Origin: Octopus sinensis
Lineage: Eukaryota
DNA: 64,000 nt
Reading direction: 5' to 3'
Assembly: GCF_006345805.1 (NCBI RefSeq)
Contig: NC_043015.1
Coordinates: forward strand, 24,552,001 to 24,616,000
Part shown: piece after piece, positions 40,401-53,146 of the stretch
Position numbering within the stretch: the first letter of the stretch is position 1
Layout: each line of letters begins with the position of its first letter
Notes under the pieces: generated by a model
What the model saw: the letters and a program-made list of their open reading frames with translations, nothing else
Database searches by the model: none
Told to the model about the DNA's origin: nothing
Made by a program: the position numbers and the translations under genes

Positions 40401-40553
40401 GAGGAGAGTGACTGTGTGCAAGATGAGAGGCTAGATTATGATAGATGGACAGAGATTGCTGTGTTACTACAGAGGAGAGACTTGGCTACCCCAGTAGAAC
40501 AAGGAAGGAGAGAAAGGGGAGAGAGGTAGAGAGAAAGAGAGAGAGAGACAGTC

Positions 40554-40596
<43 letters not shown>

Positions 40597-41129
40597 GATG
40601 GTGTTCAGAGAGAAATATTTTGGGATCATTAAAATAAGTAGCAATTAAGTACTAGCACTGATAGTATTGACTGACCCCTCCACCCAAAACTAATGGCCCC
40701 TGGGCCTAAACTAGAAACTGTTATTTCTGAATATAATGATGATTTCTTAAGATGATGATGATGATGATGATGAAGAAGGAAGTGTAATTTGTGGAAGCAT
40801 TTGGCTGCAGATTCTAGCAGATCAGTGAAGTTCATGGAAACTTCTTTGTAGTTAAAATCTTCAAATGGTCAGATAAGAAATGCAGTGGTAAATTAAACAG
40901 AATGTTATGTTTATTAGGACAGTGGTGTATATAATGAAGAAAGAATAGCTTCCTGGATTTAGAATTCAAAATTGTGAAAAAGGAAAGGTTTAGCTGCCAG
41001 TGTTGCACCAAAGTCTTCTTCTTTAAAACATCTATAGATATGGTTTACAGTGATAGTGTTATACACACATACAAACAAACACACATGCTCTCAAGTATAT
41101 GTAAGTTATTACATAAGTAGATGCATATA

Positions 41130-42008
41130 CAGGGTACGATGGGTAAATTGCCGACATTTTATATTTTTAATTTTGCACATGTGCATTGTTTGTTTTTGAT
41201 TTTGTCTATTACAGAGTATAGTAGAGTCAACAGGGCACCATCTGTGAGAAAAACAGCACCATGAGGCAATTCACACTGCCAGAAATTTAGAAATGATATG
41301 CTGTACTGCTTGGCATTTGGGCTGGAAGATCCAATATGAATATTTCGGAGTGTTTGGGTGTCAATCTAAGGACAGTGCAATCTGAGGACATGTTCCGAGA
41401 GTGATAAAAATCAAACATCCAATCAACATCATGGTGTTTGGAGTGTTTACTAGTGATGGCAACATTATGCCAACATTCATCTTCCCACACAGCCTCAGAC
41501 TCAATATGGAGGCCTATATCAAGTGCCTGGAGGAGATCCTGGGTCAAGAGAGTGGCTGCTGGAAAACTGTATGTCTTGCAACAGGACTCTGCACCATGCC
41601 ACAGAAGCAGGAGAACCCAGTCGTGGCTGTCAGACAAATTCTGCGACCATATCACCCCTAGCATCTAGCCACCTAACTCCACAGACTGAAACTCCCTTGA
41701 TTATTATGTGTGGTATGCAGTTGAGTGAGAAATCAACAAAACTCCTTGTAACACCAAAGATGAACTGAAGGCAAAGATTATAGCATTATTCACCAGCTTA
41801 CACAAGGAGACTATCTAGAAGAGTTGCAGGAAGTTCTGAAGTTGTCTGGAGACCCTGGTTGAAGCCAATGCCGATTTTATTGAATAAATTTACTCTTTGG
41901 TATTTCAAGGTATTTTAATGTAATTTTGGTAAATATATGTTAAAATGAGATGTCAGTGTTATTTTCATATTTGTGTAATTTAGATGACAATATATTCACC
42001 ACATGCTG
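41130..42008 (+). mobile_element. Tc1/mariner DD37D (maT-like) deletion derivative, 879 bp
   Basis: TA-flanked ends; IMVFGV, YVLQQDSAPCH, PPNS.D..LDYYVW. I count 37 residues between the second and third Asp. Confidence 0.85.
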
Positions 42009-42064
42009 TATATAAATGCATGCAAACATACATATTTATATACATGTATACACATACCATGCAC

Positions 42065-42099
<35 letters not shown>

Positions 42100-42919
42100 C
42101 ACACATATGCATATTACATTAAATATACACATAAAAACATAAACTGACATACATACACACACACACACACACATATGTGCATATACTAAGATACTTAAAT
42201 GTGTGTGTCTGTCTGTACAGATATGTTTACATATATGCATATATGGGGAAGGGGTGATGGGTGTGCGTGAGCGTGTATAAATTAATTATTCACTCATCTC
42301 TTGCAGGATATTAATGCTTTCATATTTTGAAATAGTTATACTATGATAATGTATATACACACATATCTACTTACAAATATACACACGTATACATATACAT
42401 GTTTGTACATGTGTATGTAAGTATATATATATATACATGTTTCTGTACATATATGTATGTATATTTATCTCTGTCTCTCTCTTTATATATATATATATAT
42501 AAATTATATCTAAGGCTTCATGCCTACATAAAATATTAATACCTCGTTTGAAGTATTGAAATTTATTTATTGGTAGTACTGCGTACGTCGGAAGTGTGCT
42601 GCAATGCTATGCAAAGCCAATATGTCTGTCGATGTATGAATGTGTATTGGGAGACGATGTGGACTGAATGTGGACAGGCAGCTGGAGGAGGAGGAAGAGG
42701 AGGGGGTTTGTGATAAAAGTGTGTTTCGCAGTCATGGAGTTTTAGGTTCACACCTGCTGTACGGAATTTTTACATTGGTGTTTGTTTTGTTTAACCGAAG
42801 ATTTGAGGGCAAGCAATGTCTGTGAGTTATATTTGGCAGCCAGAAATACTTTTGTACTCTACTGCCCTATGCTATATGAGAGTGTGTATGTATAGGTATA
42901 TATGCATACATATACACAC

Positions 42920-42956
<37 letters not shown>

Positions 42957-43074
42957 TATATATAATATATATATACCTATGCATGTATGTACGTATGTAT
43001 GCACACAAACACATATATGAATATGTACATACGTATGTATATATATACACCCACACATACATGTGTGGTCTATG

Positions 43075-43215
43075 TCAAATTATAATGGTTTCAAATTTTG
43101 GCACAAGGCCAGCAATTTCAGGGTAGGGGTTGAGTCGATTACATCGACCCCAGTGTTCAACTGCTACTTATTTCATTGACCCTAAAAGGATTAAAGGTAA
43201 AAGTTGGCCTTGGTG
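43075..43215 (-). mobile_element. SINE family C copy (partial)
   Basis: ttttggcacaaggccagcaatttc...gtcgattacatcgaccccagtg. Confidence 0.7.
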
Positions 43216-43859
43216 ATATTTGAACCCCTACCTTGAAAACAGATGATGTTAAGTTATAATAAGCACAATTTTTATTAACTAAGGATCTCTCAATATTTTT
43301 TGTAGGGTACATATTCATTATTTCTTAACAAGAATTGTATTGACATTAACTTTGAAATTTCATGCTGTTAAATCATTAGTGAACAATCCACTGATAGTTT
43401 AGCAGGCCAAAACTTTAACCCAGTCACTCTCAATGCTTTGCTTGTTAAAGAATAATATATACATATAAATGTGTGTGTTTAAATGTATGTTCACATATGG
43501 GTGTGTGCATGTGTATGCTTGTGTGTGTGTGTATGTATGTATGCGTATGCATATTTGTGTAAGTCAGCATGTGTGCGTATGTGTGTATCAACTTTTAAGG
43601 TTTATAAGAAACCAAAAGAGATCCATGTCATTCACAAACGATCATGGCTTGGCAACTGACTATGCATTGGTCAGTTGTTTTAGATACTTATGTAGTGGTG
43701 AGCAGACAAAGATACCAACAGATCCACTTGACTTAGTGGCACATTGAAGATACGAAAGTAGGAGGAAGTATAGGAACATCAGGTGGTACCTGTTTACAGC
43801 TGAGTAGACTCAAGCAACATGAAATGAAGTGTGTTAAGCAAAAACAGCATTGACTTGAA

Positions 43860-44076
43860 AGAGTTGTGTGCCAATGCCATGTAAAAACACCTGTGTGGTG
43901 CTACATTAAAAGCACATGCTGCAAAGTTGTTGGCATTAGAAAGGGCATCCAACCAAAGAAAATATGCAAAATCAAACTAGAACCTGATTCAGCTCTCCAG
44001 CCTTGCCAGCCCTGGTCAAACCATCCAACCCATGCTAGCATCGAAAATGGACTTTAAAGAATGATGATGATGATGA

Positions 44077-44080
<4 letters not shown>
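43860..44080 (+). mobile_element. RTE-derived 3' tail repeat
   Basis: aaaagcac...gttggcattagaaagggcatcc...aaaccatccaacccatgctagcat-(GAT)n. Confidence 0.7.
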
Positions 44081-44118
<38 letters not shown>

Positions 44119-44528
44119 CATGCTATGTTAAGAAATGATGCATATTACCAGAATTATGAATTGAAATCAAATATAACAAATTACTCCAAATTGTTGCTAG
44201 AGTATCCACAAAAGTGAGGTCTGGACTGGTCAACTGAGGAAGATCCTATGTAATAGATGCACTTTCCATTATATATTAAGCAGAATTGAAATGTGTGTAT
44301 TAAAGGATTTCAAAACATCACTGCTACTAATACTTGCATATTTTGAGAAAACTAAAAAATATTCTTCAGGTGCAAACCACAAATCATAACAAACCTAAGA
44401 AATTGAAACTATTGGTGGCACTTTAATATATGTGACCTTTAATAAATAAATAATATTCATTGCTCACCTGATGGAGTACTTTTCTTGTTGAATTTTCTAT
44501 CACAGATCAGCACATTATGTGTGTATAT

Positions 44529-44607
<79 letters not shown>

Positions 44608-44765
44608 TTATATTTATATACATATATATATATATATACACACATGATATATATACAAATGATGAAATGATGATGATGATGATGATGACACACACATACA
44701 AATATATATACACAGACATATTTACATACATATACATTCACATATATACAGATATATTTACATGA

Positions 44766-44908
44766 TTTACATTTGACAGCTATTTGTCCTCATCTTGTTT
44801 GTTGTTAACACAATATTTCGGCTGATATACCCTCCAGTCTTCATCGGGTGTCTTGGAGAAATTTTGAATCTGGGTTCTCATTCCTAAGGTATTTTTCTGA
44901 TGTTATTA

Positions 44909-44944
<36 letters not shown>

Positions 44945-45261
44945 CCACTGCCTGGAATCAAACTTGAAATCTAGGGTTTAGCAGCCTGCACTCTTAACCA
45001 CTATGCTATATGCCCACAGCTATATAGCATAGTAACATATGGCTGTGACCTGACTAACAACAACAACAACAATAATAATAACAACATCGAAAGATACCTT
45101 AAGAATGAGAACCCAGGTTTGAAATTACCCCAAGACACCTGATAAAAGCTGGAGGGTATATCAGCCAAAACATTGTGTTAACAGCAAACAAAATGTGGAC
45201 AAATATCCGTCAAATGTAAATAATGTACATAATTCGTCATCTCTTAAATATAGAACTGTAG
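44766..45261. mobile_element. Head-to-head pair of the PLE-derived tRNA-like/HHR module
   Basis: 44766-44950 is the reverse complement of about 45045-45220. Both match the PLE 3' module at 36176-36394; centre at about 45017-45021. Confidence 0.85.
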
Positions 45262-45346
45262 ATATATATGCGTGTGTGTGTGTGTGTATGTATGTGTGTG
45301 TGTGTGTGTGTGCGTGTGTGAGTGTGTGTGTGAGCATGTGTGTATA

Positions 45347-46221
45347 CAGGGTGCAATGAATATACTGTTGTCTAAATTACACAAAAATGAAAATATCACT
45401 GACGTCTCATTTAGACGGAAATATTTACCAAAATGTCAGAAAGATATCTTGAAATACCAAAGAGTAAATTCATTCGATAAATTCACCATTGGCTTCAACT
45501 ACGGCCTCCAGACGACTTTGGAATGTTTTTCAATTCTTCTGGAGAGTCTTCTTGTTTCTGTTGGTGAATGATACCATAATCCTTGCCTTCAGTTAATCTT
45601 TGTTATAACAAGGAATTTTATTGGTCTCTCACTCAATTGCGCCCCATACATAATAATCAAGGGGGTTGAAGTCTGTGGAGTTAGGTGGCCAGATGTTAGG
45701 AGTGAATTGGACGCATAAATTGTCTGACAGCCATGACAGGGTTCTCTTGCTTGTGTGGCAAGGTTCAGAATTCTGTTGCCAGACAAAATCTTCCAGCTGT
45801 CACCCTTTTGACTCAGGGCAGCACTCCCTTCACCAAGAACTCCATTTTGAGTGTGAGACCTTGTAGAAAGATGAATGTTGGCATAACGTTACTATCACTA
45901 GTGATCACTCCAAACACCACGATGTTGACTGGATATTTGATTTTTATCACTCTCTGTATATGTGTTGGGGACACAGCAAGTCAACGGTTGCTTTGTGTGT
46001 GCATCATCCATTCATATTAGATCTTCTTCATGAATGCCAAGCAGAACAGCATGTTATTTCCAAATTTCTGGCAGAGTGAATTGCATCAAGGTGAAGTTTT
46101 TTTTTACAAATAGTGCCCAACCGACCCTACTATACTGTGTAGTTCACAAAATCAAAAGCAATCAATGCACATACACGCAATTAAAAATATAAAATGGCAG
46201 AAATTTACCCATCTCACCCTG
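45347..46221 (-). mobile_element. Second DD37D (maT-like) deletion derivative, 875 bp
   Basis: Same ends and body as 41130-42008 in opposite orientation; ta-cagggtg at both termini. Confidence 0.85.
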
Positions 46222-46310
46222 TACATATACACACAACACACATAACACACACACACAACACATCCACATATATGTATTTATGTATTAGATATATGTCATA
46301 TATATATATA

Positions 46311-47550
46311 AAGTTACTGCCAAAATGTTCAGAACGGCATTGTTTTCACCAGAAAAGTAGATATAAGTTTTTATCAAAGTTGTTTTATGTTCTACGATTT
46401 TCACAGACAATAAATACGATATTAATTGTTATTGTCTGAGATTTTGGTGTAATTTGAGAGGATAATACTAAAGTTAGGGATGATTTAGTGATTTACTGCA
46501 AAACCCATGGCAGCCAAAATGATCAGAACGGTTGAAAAAATAACAAAATAATCAAAAATGACAGAGAATACTGGAATTATCTAATATTTAGTGTGAAACC
46601 ATTTAGCTTCAAACACACTTTGACATCTTAGACTGCATGAGGAAATTAAATTTTCAATTTCTAGCTAGGTGATCTTATTCCATTCTTCCTGAAGGGCATT
46701 CCATAATTGCTCGGTTGTTTTAGGATTTCTGGCTTTCAAACGTTCTCCTAGAATATTCCACACATTTTCAATAGGATTGAGATCTGGGCTTTGAGCAGGT
46801 CAATCCATAATAATAACCTTTTCAGCCTTGAGGAAGTTCATGACCACCTTAGCCATGTGACATGGGGCATTGTCCTGCATGAATATGGGTGGTCGCTTAG
46901 TTGAATTTCTCAGCACAGGCAAGACATGATCTTTTACAAGTTGTTTATAAACTCCTGCATTTACCTTTCCATGTAATCGCACCAAAGAGCCCACAACATC
47001 TCCAGATATCATTCCCCAAACCATGACACTTCCTCCACCGAATTCAACACTAGTCTTAAGGCATTTAGGCGACAATTTTTCACCTACTTTTCTACGAACA
47101 TACCTTTTCCCATCTGAGCCAAATAACATAAACTTAGATTCATCACTGAAATGCACCGTTTGCCATTTTTCTTGAGACCACAACACATGTTCGGTTGCAA
47201 AGGTAAGACGACACTTTATTTTTGGAGCTGATCAGTGGCTTCACTGAAGGTGATCTTGCTTGTAGGTCATGTTCAACTAAACGACAAGACACAGTTTTTC
47301 GAGATAACGTTTTCTTCAGTACAATGCTCATTTCCTGATAAACAGCAGCAGCAGTTTTAAATCTGTCCTTTTTAACCAACTTTACCATAGCACGATCTTC
47401 TCTCTTGGTCGTTTTTCGTGGTCTACCTGTAAACTTTCTTGCTTCACATGAACCAAAATAATCGTAGACCTTAAGAATACCGTGAACAACACTTTTTGAC
47501 TTGTTAACAATCTTTGCAATAGACCCAATACTTAAATTATACTTCACCTT
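46311..47550 (-). mobile_element. Tc1 (DD34E) IR/DR-type transposon lacking its left end; transposase pseudogene at 46581-47547
   Basis: GRPRKTT, FSDESKF, GGGSVMVWG, FMQDNAPCH, PAQSPDLNPIENVW with D34E spacing. One frameshift and two in-frame stops. Direct repeats gccaaaatg(t/a)tcagaacgg at 46319 and 46513. Confidence 0.92.
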
Positions 47551-47627
47551 AATATTCTTTTACCTTCCTTCTCCAACCTCGATTGAACCCTTGAACTCCA
47601 TTAACTGCCAGTCTCTCCTCCATTCAA

Positions 47628-47654
47628 CCAATCTGACGTCACCCCCTATAAATA
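47628..47654 (+). promoter_or_regulatory. Compact Pol II promoter motif cluster CCAAT - TGACGTCA (CRE) - TATAAATA
   Basis: CCAAT 47628-47632, perfect CRE 47634-47641 and TATA 47647-47654, in a CpG-retaining segment. Confidence 0.6.
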
Positions 47655-47742
47655 GACATTAGTTATCATTATCGCTATGGGCTCCTCGTGAGCAGTCTTC
47701 TAAAAACTTGTTGTGCATTTTGTTGGCGAAAGAAGTTCCTGG

Positions 47743-47828
47743 ATTTTCCTGAAGAGAAAGCTGCATAATGGACTTCTTATTCATTCGGAATTAGGGATTT
47801 TGCAGACTTCGAAACATATGTCGAAAAT
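47743..47828 (+). ncRNA. Type I hammerhead ribozyme with intact catalytic core
   Basis: Stem I AUUUUC/GAAAAU; CUGAAGA (47749-47755); long stem II closed by G47756-C47810; GAAAC (47811-47815); palindromic stem III ACAUAUGU; GUC cleavage triplet (cut after 47822). Confidence 0.8.
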
Positions 47829-48171
47829 AAAATAAGGGAATTTTGTTAAATATTCGCTCAGCTCCATTCTTTCCTATACTTATTATATTAAATTAAACTT
47901 CAAATTTCTGCACTAAGGCACGGAGTATATGCCCTATGGTCGTAAATTCAACCATGTTGTGAGTTTGCTACCCAGGTATCGGTTATCTTAAGAATTATCC
48001 GTAATAAGATAATTCATTTATCTACTCATATATATAGATATATATATATATGCTTACACACACTCATATGTTACTGTTAGTGAGGAAAATTGATATTTTA
48101 GAGTTGGTTCTTGAAAAGTGAATTAAAATCAAAAAAATAAGTTAATACTGAAATGTATTAACCCTGCTCAT

Positions 48172-48207
<36 letters not shown>

Positions 48208-49612
48208 GCAAAATAATATGCAAAAACATGAGGATGAGAATATCAATTCCCCAACACTTGTGAGGTTTTTTCTCTTAACAATATTTTTATTTCTATCTCT
48301 GGTCTTGAATTTTAAAAATCTTGAAACTAGGAACATTTTTATCTTTCTTTATTAAATAAAGTCAGGGTAAAATTTTATTTGAAATAGGAAAAAAAAACTG
48401 TGTATCTTTAAAAAAATATGTATATAAAATGAAAATTGGAATTACTTATCAAATTTAAAGGTAAATATTTCACATAAGGAATTTTTTACAGACAGAAATG
48501 CAATTTGATTTAAGAAAAACTAAAAAACTAGAATTTATTCAATATCCTTCACTCAACCCAAATTTGGATCTAGGTTTTATCAATTTGAAGTTTCAAACTG
48601 AGTGAAAATATGGTGATGGTGTGTGTTGTGGTGGTGGTGGTGGTGGTGGCAGTGGCTGCGGTGATGAGGGTTCATATGATGTGGTGGGCGTGGGTGAGAA
48701 ATCTTAAATGAAATCATGTCCTGTTCTCCGTTGGAGTGCAGTTTAATATGCATGATCTACATGTGTATGAGTGCTATTACAAATATACATGTGTGTGTTT
48801 ATATTTGTGTGTGTCTGTGTACACACATATATATACACACATAGACTGTGTACACACATAGACTTCATAGCTAGATATATGTAAATATATATATATATAT
48901 ATCCTTATACATAGACTTGAAAATAAAATTTTAATTTTCAGTGAGGTCTATAATGCACATATTATCGATGTCACATGCTTAACGCATCAAATACTTGTTG
49001 GCTGCAGTATTTCATCCAGGGAAAGTCCCTTTAAAGATGTAACGTGTTGGAAAATTCAACATCTTTAAAGAGATCTCCCCAGGATAAATGTCTGCTGCCA
49101 GCATGCATTTAATAACTTCCATACATGAGGTATGTAACACTGAAAATATACTTAAACATATAATACAAGTATGTATGTATCTGTCTGTCTGTCTGTCTAC
49201 ATATGTGTGTGTGTGTGTGTGTGTGTATGTGTGTGTGTATGTTCCTTTCCACTATAGGCACAAAACTTGAAGTTTTGTAGGAGGTGGGGGGCTAATAGGT
49301 CACACGAACTATAGCACATGATTGCTATCCATTTTATTGATCTCAACCAGATGAAAGGCAAAGTCAGCTCCAGTGGAATTTGAATTCATAACATAAAGAC
49401 AGATGAAATGGCATAAGGCCTAAAACTTTTGGTAGGGGACTAGTTGATTGCCTTGGACCCAGTTCTCAACAGGTCTTTAATTTATTGAGCCTGGAAAGAT
49501 GGAAGTCAAAATCAACCTCAGCAGTATTTGATCACAGAAAGTAAAGTTGGATGCTTCTAATCATTTCACTTGGATGATGATTGTGCTGGCTCACTATCTT
49601 CTTAATAATAAT

Positions 49613-49656
<44 letters not shown>

Positions 49657-49659
49657 TAA

Positions 49660-49850
49660 ATCTTTCTACTAAAGGCAGAAGGCCTGAAATTTTAGCGGAG
49701 GGACCTAGTAAATGACATCGGCCCCAGTGTTTCACTGGTAATTTATTCACTTCAAAAGGATGAACGGCAAAGTTGACCTCAGCAGAATTTGAACCCAAAA
49801 CATGAAGAGGGATGAAATACCACTAAACATTTAGCCAGTTTGCCTCCTTA
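49660..49850 (-). mobile_element. SINE family C copy
   Basis: tctttctactaaaggcagaaggcctgaaatt...aaaggatgaacggcaaagttgacctcagcagaatttgaac. Confidence 0.75.
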
Positions 49851-49955
49851 TCATCATCATCATCATCATCATCATTATTATTATTATAATCATCATCATC
49901 ATTATTATTATAATCATCATCATCTTTAATATTATTATTCTTATAATCACCTTCA

Positions 49956-50011
<56 letters not shown>

Positions 50012-50030
50012 ATCATCATCATCAACATCA

Positions 50031-50112
<82 letters not shown>

Positions 50113-50114
50113 TG
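49850..50114. repeat. (ATT/ATC)n compound microsatellite
   Basis: Direct inspection. Confidence 0.95.
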
Positions 50115-50662
50115 AGTGAGAGAACAATGCATGCTATCAAAGAGACACTGGGGTAAAATATACGAAGCCCAGTATACCCATCATGACTAACCGTCATAAG
50201 GGTACACCAGGCACATGCATCACAACCATATGTGCACGACATGGTGATCTCATATCAAGATAAACAGCACATGACCTTGTAGGTGGGGCCCAGTTAGAAT
50301 TTTCTTCTGGTCAAGTAACACATCCCGCTCAAAAGGTCCCTGAATAAGGGTTGTTCAAGGATGTTGAATGAAACACCCATGTTTCCAGTGGTGAATTATT
50401 TAAACCCCCAAACAATCCCTCTCAACACATGGCTATGATGCTCCCCCACTACTTCTGCTTGTGATCAAAGATGCACATATCGTCAGCCACTAAGGGACAT
50501 GCTCAACTGGTTAAGGTCAAACAACTGACAAGCAAATCTGTGGTATTGAGCAGAATATTTGCTGTAGCCCATCTTTTATACTAAGACAAAACAATGTACA
50601 TGATAACACTTCCAATCAGTTAAGATCAGGAGCCATGAGAGCCACTGCGTGGTATTGCATCA
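50115..50662. mobile_element. ~550-bp non-repetitive insert bounded on both sides by (ATT)n; probable non-autonomous or UTR-type retroelement
   Basis: Complex sequence with sharp (ATT)n boundaries and no supportable ORF. Class and strand are inferred only. Confidence 0.45.
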
Positions 50663-50683
50663 GTATTATTATTATTATTATTG

Positions 50684-50721
<38 letters not shown>

Positions 50722-50789
50722 ATCATCATCATCAACATCATCATCATTATTATTATTATTATTCATCTATTATTATTATCATGAATATT

Positions 50790-50860
<71 letters not shown>

Positions 50861-50864
50861 CAAT

Positions 50865-51470
50865 AAGAAGAAGAACAGACTGGCAGGAGAAGTGTTGCAT
50901 GGTAGATTCTTAAAAATAGTTTCAGTAGTAGTAAAACATGATTTTGGCTGCCAAAAGGAAAGCTGAAGAGGGAGACAGAAAGTTTGTTAGTAGCTGCATA
51001 AAATCAAACATTAAGAACTAATTGTATAAAAGCCAAGATAGACAAAAACCAAATAGCTTCCCAATGTAGATTATGGAAATCAAAAGAGAAAAGTGCTACT
51101 CATATATTAAGTGAATGTAGCATGCTGACACAGAAAGAATACAAGAAAAGACATGACAATCTAGGGAGAGCAATCCACTTGGAGTTATGTAGAAAGCTCG
51201 TGAAAAATGTGTGACAAAAGAAAAATTTAAGCAAGAAATGAATGAACAAAAAACAGAAAAATTATAAAAGGAAAAGAAAACGTACAGTCAGTTTGCAAAA
51301 GATGTGAATACCAAGACAGATACAGAGGACCGGTGGATGAGGAGGAGTGATCTGAAGATAGAGGCAGAGGTACTCATATGCGCAGCTCAGGGACAAGCAA
51401 TGAGGACCAACTATATGAAGTGCAGAATAGATAACACTACCGATAGCAACGAATATATAATACGTATACA
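50865..51470 (+). mobile_element. Two juxtaposed R4/Dong-like fragments covering overlapping protein regions
   Basis: First: LHGRF...KRETESLLVAA.NQTLRTN..KAKID...CRLW...HILSECSML.QKEYKKRHDN. Second: WMRRSDLKIEAEVLICAAQGQAMRTNYMKCRID. Follows (AAT)n. Confidence 0.8.
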
Positions 51471-51726
51471 TTCACTGCTTTCTTCCAAGGAATCTATTGC
51501 TCTTAGCTAAGATCTTCCTTGGGGCTGGCCAGATTGGAGCATCTCAAGTATAACCAGCCAGAACTGCAATGATAATCTGGAACTCAACTAACGAAAGAAA
51601 ACTCCGAATGATCCGTCCTTGATTTTTCTTTCCCCTTTTTGTATCATCTAACTGTCTGGAAGACTTGTCGCATCTTGCATTCTTGTCCCATTTTTGTATT
51701 CCTTTATATATCTGTGTGTGTGTGTG

Positions 51727-51803
<77 letters not shown>

Positions 51804-53106
51804 TATATATACATATATACACACACACACAGAGCTTCCTAAAATCACAAACTACATATACTTACACACAGTTACACAGACACTAGCACGGCTAAACACA
51901 CACTTATGCCTGCACATATATATATACACACATATACATGTGTATGCTCATGCAAACATGTATGCATGCAGCAACAGATACATACACCACATACACACCC
52001 ACAGACAAAGCTACATACACATATACCACACAATACATATCTATCACTTTTACACATGACTAAAACAACAGATGTATGCACACACACACAAACATGCACA
52101 TACGGAGCTTCATGTAAAATATACTATACAGATATATACACACAGTAGCAGATGCATATATGCATGGTCACACAAACACACACACACGCAGATATGCACG
52201 CATGCACGTACATACACACACGGACTGAAATACATAGATGCACACATACACATATTTAGAAACACAAATGCAAATATACAAACCCACACACTTTATCTCT
52301 CTCTCTTCCTCTCTCTCTCCATCTCTCTCTCCATCACTCTCTGCAGTTCTCCTTCCTCCTCTCTCCCCCTCTCTCTCTCATGGCTGTAAGGGTGCGGTTT
52401 GTAATAAAAAGTTAAAAACTTCTATGTTGGGAAATGTACAAACTAAAAACGACACCAAGAAGATGGAAATGATTGAAATATTAATAACAATGATGATGAT
52501 GATGATGATGGCGGCGGCGGCAGTGGTGGTGGTGGTGGTGGTGGTGGTGGCAGTGGTGATGGAAACAACGGCATCAACCATAAAGAAGGAAGTTGCCCAA
52601 TATCAGAGTGGTGTAGTTATTTTCTATTTGCAGTATAAGAAACATTTGACAGGAACTGATGTTGAGATAGTGGAGAGACTCTAATGGAATACATTTGGGG
52701 AAAACATATTAATATTTGCACACACACACACACAGACATACGCACACAATGTGCAACATACACAGACATACAAACACACACATGTACAATACACAAGAGC
52801 ACCCATATGTCACTGTATGAATGCTTTTGCATACACACATGCACATATATGTGGGCCTGCATGTGTATGCAAATGTGTCTATATATACACTTCAAGCATT
52901 TAATCATTCTGTCTGTTTCTAGCTCCCTCTCACTCTCTCCCTGTCCAACCACTCCTTCCTCCATATATATATAAGTATATACGAGCGTGTGTGCATGTGT
53001 GTGTGAGAGAGAGTACACACATATATATATATATGTTCAAGATGATATTATAGCACCATAACAAAAAATAAATTTAGTTATATATATATATATATATATA
53101 TATACG

Positions 53107-53146
<40 letters not shown>

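Noticed and set aside
47628-47990. Definite host gene promoter and first exon
   Set aside because: No downstream coding exon was found, and the adjacent hammerhead points to a retroelement terminus; kept only as an alternative hypothesis.
50115-50662. HDV-like ribozyme at the end of the (ATT)n-bounded insert
   Set aside because: I could not build the nested double-pseudoknot pairings by eye; a structure-based search is needed.
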